Shown: positions 58,401 through 64,000 of the stretch, one piece after another
How the letters are laid out: every line of letters starts with the position of its first letter
Position numbering within the stretch: position 1 is the first letter of the stretch
Assembly (NCBI GenBank): GCA_965603825.1
Contig: CBFDEM010000011.1
Location: 62,001 to 126,000 of the forward strand
Source of the DNA: Blepharisma stoltei ATCC 30299
Lineage: Eukaryota > Protista > Ciliophora
Length of the DNA stretch: 64,000 bases
Reading direction: 5' to 3'
The notes under the pieces: model-generated
Told to the model about the DNA's origin: nothing
The model's database searches: none
What the model saw: the letters and a program-made list of their open reading frames with translations, nothing else
Program-made: the position numbers and the translations under genes

Positions 58401-61400
58401 GACGCTTTGCTACTGCAAAACATTATGGAGCAGCCTCCAATTGAAAAGAAGACAGGTAAGCAATTCGGTCCTCCAGGCAAGCTTAAGCTGATTTTCTTTG
58501 TAGATGACTTAAATATGCCACAGCTTGATGTCTATGATACACAAACTTCTATAGAGCTGCTAAGACAGCATGCTGACTATGTTCATTGGTATGACAGATC
58601 TAAGCTTACCATAAAAGAAATCATTAACACCCAAACCATCGCAGCCATGAACCCTACAGCAGGCTCATTTTACGTAAACCCAAGATACCAGCGCCATTTC
58701 TGGCATTTGACTATACAGTTCCCTGAAGCTTCCAGCTTGTTTACGATTTATAACACCTTTGCGTTGGGACACTTCGGAAAAGGGTTTAAAGCGTCAGTAC
58801 AAGAAATTGTGTCTCCTATTATAAAAGCAGCTATTTCTTTGCATCCTTCTATGGTTGAGAAATTCAGAAAGACAGCTATTAATTTCCATTATGAGTTTAG
58901 CATTAGACATTTAGCTAATATTTTCCAAGGACTATTGGTAGCCCAGCCTGCCCAATTCCCTGAGCCAGAAAAAATTATAAAGCTATGGATCCACGAATCA
59001 GAAAGAATTTATGGAGATCGCCTTGTTTCAAAAGCCCATTTAGATGCATACAGAGGTATTATGGGTGAACTCATCAAGAAAACTTTTGCAAAGTTCCCAA
59101 GTCTCAGCAGATATTTCCAGTCAAATCCTGAGCCTCTGGTGTTTTCTCATTTTGCAGGTGGACTTGTTGAAAGAGTTTATGACCAGGTACCTTCAATAGA
59201 CTCTCTTTTCAAAGTCCTTGATGAAGCTTTAAAGGAGTATAATGATATCAATGCAGCTATGGACCTTGTCCTTTTCGAAGACGCCATGAAGCACGTCTGC
59301 AGAATTTCTAGAATTGTTATGAACCCTGCTGGACATGCCTTACTTATCGGAGTTGGTGGCAGTGGTAAGCAATCCTTATCAAGATTGGCTTCGTTTATAT
59401 GTGGCTATACCACCACCCAAATCACTATTTCCCAAGCTTACTCTATAAATGACCTTAAAACAGACTTGCAATCTATGTATAACAAAGCAGGAATTAAAAA
59501 TGAAGGCGTCCTTTTCTTATTCACAGAAGGCCAGATCACTAATGAAAGGTTTTTGGTCTACATTAACGATTTATTAAGCAGTGGAGAAGTCGCTGATCTT
59601 TACCAAACTGAAGATAAAGACAATATCGTCAATGCTATAAGAGCAGCTGTCAAAGGAGCGGGGATAATAGATAACAGAGACAACTGTTGGAACTTCTTTA
59701 TTGACAGGGTCCGCACCAACTTGCATATGGCGCTTTGTTTTTCGCCTGTCGGAGATTCATTTAGAAACAGGTCAAGAAAGTTCCCAGCCATAGTAAACTG
59801 CACAGTCATTGATTGGTTCCACGACTGGCCTAAGGATGCACTTTTGTCAGTCGCTGACCGTTTTCTAGCAGCAATGGACTTAGGCGTTGAAGAGGTCAGA
59901 AATGGGGTCGTCGAGTTTATGCCGTTTTCGTTCAACGCAGTTAACCAGCTGTCAGTGAAATTTAAAGAACAAGAAAAAAGATTCTGCTATACCACTCCTA
60001 AATCTTTCTTAGAGCTGATTAAGCTGTTCACTCTGATGCTTTCTAAGAAGAGAAATGAAATTATTACGAGCAAAGAAAGACTGGAAAGTGGGCTGATTAA
60101 GCTGATAGAAACACAGGAAAACGTGTCCAAGCTTGAAATTGACTTAAAAGAAAAGCAGGTAGAAGTCGAGGTGAAAAAGACATCGGCTGATGAATTTGCT
60201 GCAAAAGTTGGACAAGAAAAAACAGTCGTGACCCAAGAAACTGAAAATGCTAACAAGGAAGCTGCAGAGTGTGAAAGAATCCAAGCAGAAGTTGAAGAAA
60301 AGAAAGCGTCTTGCGAAAAAGATTTAGAAAAAGCTTTGCCACTTTTAGCAAGAGCTCAAGAAGCCTTAGCTACCTTGCAGAAAAAGGATTTCACAGATAT
60401 GAAATCTTTCGCCAAGCCTCCTCCAGGAGTCGACGATGTCACTGCAGCCGTCATGGTCCTTACCGCTACTTTAGATCCCAACGTCCCTGTCGATAGGCAA
60501 GGTAACGTCACTGACAAGTCTTGGAAAGCCTCTATCAAGCTTATGGCTAACCCTGAAGCTTTCAAAACTTTCCTGACTAACTTCAAAACTCACATTGACA
60601 ACCAAGATGTCCCAGACAAGAACTTTAAAGCAGTCCGTCAATATCTCAGTCTTGATCACTTTAATGGAGAAGCTATGAAAACCAAGTCATTAGCTGCCAA
60701 GGGGCTTTGTGAGTGGGCTATCAACATTACTGCATACTATGACTGCGTCAGAGAAGTCGAGCCTAAGCGTGAAGCTTTAAGACAAGCCAGTATCCAATTA
60801 AATCAAGCCAACGAAAAATTGACCCTCACTAAAGAAAGAGTCGCTGAACTAGAAGCCAAGCTAAAAGATTTGGTCGAACAATATGATGCAGCTATTGCTG
60901 AAAAAGAAGCTGTAGAAAAGGAAGCTGAAAGATGTGCAAGAAGACTGAACTTGGCTAACAGACTTGTGAATGCCTTGGCAAGTGAAAAAGACAGATGGAG
61001 CGAAAGTATTGAAAACTACGGAAAAGGGCTTGAAGTCCTTGTAGGAGACGTCCTCATTTCTAGTGCTTTTATCAGCTATGTAGGACCATTTACCAAGAAA
61101 TATAGAGATATTCTTATAAGAGACCAGTTTTTGACTTTCTTCGTCCAGAAGAAAATCCCAATGTCTCCTAATGCAAATCCATTGACTTTGCTTACAGATG
61201 AAGCGACCATCGCTAAATGGAACAACCAGTTCTTGCCAGCTGATCAGGTGTCTATAGAAAACGGTACTATTTTGGCCAACACTGAGCGCTGGCCACTTAT
61301 TATTGATCCTCAGTTGCAAGGCATTACTTGGCTTCGTGAAAAAGAAAAAACCAATAACTTGCAGATAGTCAGGCTTAACACAAAGGCACTTACCCGTACT

Positions 61401-64000
61401 ATGGAAACTTCTATTGACCTTGGATATAGTGTCATTATTGAAAATATTGAAGAATCCATTGATGCTGTGCTGTCTCCTGTAGTAGCTCGTAACTATATCA
61501 AAAGAGGTGCTAAAAAATACCTGAAGCTAGGAGATAAAGAAATCTGTTGGACTCCTTCATTTAAACTTTTCTTACACACAAAGCTGTCTAACCCTCATTA
61601 CCCTCCTGAAATCCAAGCAGAAACAGCACTTATTAACTTTACTGTTACACAAGATGGTTTAGAAGATCAACTGCTTAACCTTGTCGTCAAAAAAGAGCGT
61701 CCAGATCTTGCCAGAATGCGTGAAGAGCTGATTCAGCAGCAAAACTCTTTTAAAATCAAGCTAAAAGAATTAGAAGAAGACTTGTTGTTCAAATTAACCA
61801 ATGCTAAAGGTGATATTTTAGAAGACATCGAGCTCATTGAAAACTTGGAAACCTCCAAACGAATTGCAGGCGAAGTCAAAGAAAAAATGGAAATCGCCAA
61901 AGTGACTGAAGTAAAAATCCTCCGTGCTTCTGAAGAATACCGCCCTGCAGCTAGCAGAGGTGCTTTAGTCTTTTTCATGATGAACGAACTTCACAAGGTC
62001 CATACCTTCTACATGTTTTCACTAGAAGCCTACTTATTAGTCGTCATGCGCGCTATTGACATTGTAGCTGAAAAATACCGAGCCCCAAGCGCTACCAAGT
62101 CTAAACGTGGAAAAACTCCTGAGGTCACCGAAATCGTGAAGCCTGAAAACGTCAGCATGGAAAACCCATCAGGCCAAGCCCAAGAAGGCGAAGAAAAGAA
62201 AGACGAGTCTTTCCAATCCCAAGCACCAAAAGAAGAAGAAAAGAAAGAAGAAGAGAAAAAAGAAGAGCCAGAAGCAAATGAAGCAGAAATGGAAGAAGAG
62301 GAAGAAGTCCAGCAGGAATTAAGCCCAAGGTCACTGAGAAAAAGAGTGTCTGAGCTGACTGAGTCAATTACATATCAATCACATATATACGTCAGAAGAG
62401 GCTTATTTGAGCAGCATAAATTATTGGTGGCGACTATGCTTTGTTTTAGGGTCATGATTAAGGATGGAAAAATTGATGAGCAGGAGTATGCATTTTTAAT
62501 TAATGGAAAACCTATGGTAGATGCAGGACATCAATCAGAAAATTTGAATTGGTTTAGTGAGTATCAGTGGGGGATGATTAAAGCGCTAGATCAATTAGGC
62601 CCGTTCCAAGGGCTAGCAAGCAATGTAGATAGTGATTATTTGCAGTGGAAAAAGTGGTATATGGAAGAAAAGGCAGAAATTTCAGACCTGCCGCGTAATT
62701 TCAAAGAAATTTCTTATTTCCACAAACTTTTATTAATAAGAGCGCTCAGACCAGACAGAATTACTAGCGCTTTAAGCATTTTTGTTAGAGAACAATTAGG
62801 TAACCACTACATCGAGCAGACTCCTTTTAATATGTTTGAAACTTATAAAGAAACCTCTAAAACGGTCCCTGTGTTCTTTGTCTTGTTCCCTGGTGCTGAT
62901 CCTACCCCAGAAGTCGAAGAAGTTGCAGAAACCTTAGGGATCACTGCCCTTAACAATAAATTCAGAAATATATCTATGGGTCAAGGCCAAGAGAAAAACG
63001 CTGAGCAAGCTATGGAGCAGCTTTCACAAAATGGTGGCTGGGTCATGCTTCAAAACGTCCATCTCATGCAAAGCTGGCTCAAAGTACTCGAAAACATGCT
63101 TGAAAAATTCTCCAAAAAAGCCCACGAAAACTTCCGATGCTTCATTTCTTCAGAGCCTCCAGCGCTGCCTGATATGAAAATCATCCCTGAGACTATTTTG
63201 CAAAACTGTGTTAAGGTAGCTAATGAAGCTCCACAAGCTCTTAAAGATAACTTAAGGCGTGCTTATAGCCATTTCTCTCAAAAAGATTTAGATTCGTCTC
63301 GGAAGTCAAATGAATTTAAAGCTATGCTTTTCGCTCTTTGTATGTTCCATTCATTAGTCCTTGGAAGACGAAAATTCGGGTCTCAAGGCTGGAGTAAGCA
63401 TTATTCATTTAATGATGGTGATTTGACTATTTGTTCTGATATTTTGAACAATTATTTAGCGAAATATGATGAAGTCCCATATGCAGATTTACGATATCTG
63501 TATGGAGAAATTATGTATGGAGGCCATATCACTGATAACTGGGATAGACGTACTTGTAACACTTATTTACAAGTGTTAATCAGGCCTGAGCTGATGTCTG
63601 GCATGAACTTGGCTCCTCAATTCAAATCTCCAGACCCAGCAAGATTTGACTATGAAGCTTATTCTAAATATATTGAAGAAAAACTGCCTATAGAATCCCC
63701 ACAGATGTTCGGCATGCATCCAAACGCTGAAATTAACTATTTAACAGCTACAGGAGATAAACTATTCACCACAATCTTAGACGTGTCAGGTGTTTCTGGT
63801 GCTGGTGAAGCTGTAAAGAAAAAAGAAGACGTTGTAATAGACCTAATAAATGCATTTTTAGCTAAACTCCCACAGGAGTTCAAGATGTTTGAAATTACAG
63901 CGAAAACCAAGGAAAGGCCTCCAGATGTAGTTGTCTGTTTGCAGGAGTGTGAAAGAATGAATATTCTTTTAGGAACGATTAGAAGGTCTTTAATAGAACT
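52482..64000 (+). CDS. Axonemal outer-arm dynein heavy chain with N-terminal kelch, IPT/TIG and filamin-type domains (Chlamydomonas alpha-HC / Tetrahymena Dyh5 class); 3'-partial
   Basis: Kelch blades (PRSGHSF, FGG), one TGA at 53187, then an open frame to the window end. P-loops GPAGTGKT (56487), GPPGSGKS (57330), GNAGCGKT (58299) and GVGGSGKQ (59349) are all in frame, followed by the stalk and AAA5-6. Confidence 0.95.

Noticed and set aside
53207-62367. Short ORFs listed across the dynein region
   Set aside because: Antisense or off-frame shadows. The true frame is unlisted because it has no stop before the window end.

Overview
AT-rich, very gene-dense eukaryotic DNA that reads as a heterotrich ciliate macronuclear chromosome, most likely Blepharisma. 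TGA encodes Trp: it sits at invariant Trp positions in aspartate aminotransferase, polo kinase, kelch repeats and between paralogues. All genes end in TAA/TAG, and the introns are 15-nt GT..AG. The supplied ORF track therefore splits most genes at TGA. Re-read with TGA=Trp, bases 1-18.7 kb hold a tandem array of five ~1165-aa orphan receptors (signal peptide, two Venus-flytrap/periplasmic-binding-like modules, ~9 TM), one of which has a 184-bp frameshifting deletion. The rest of the window holds profilin, a DUF4795-like giant coiled-coil protein, an ATP-grasp-like/zinc-finger protein with three 15-nt introns, LITAF, a divergent Cdc20-like WD40 protein, aspartate aminotransferase, two bacterial-type Tim44-domain genes, a centrin-like protein, a CFAP92-like protein, a RAP-domain protein, a hotdog thioesterase, polo-like kinase, a 1909-aa PEVK-like repeat protein, mitochondrial ACP and a kelch-containing outer-arm dynein heavy chain that runs off the end. 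Two local tandem duplications left gene-tail relics, and several intergenic gaps are under 10 nt. Domain calls come from motif recognition by eye, with no database search.
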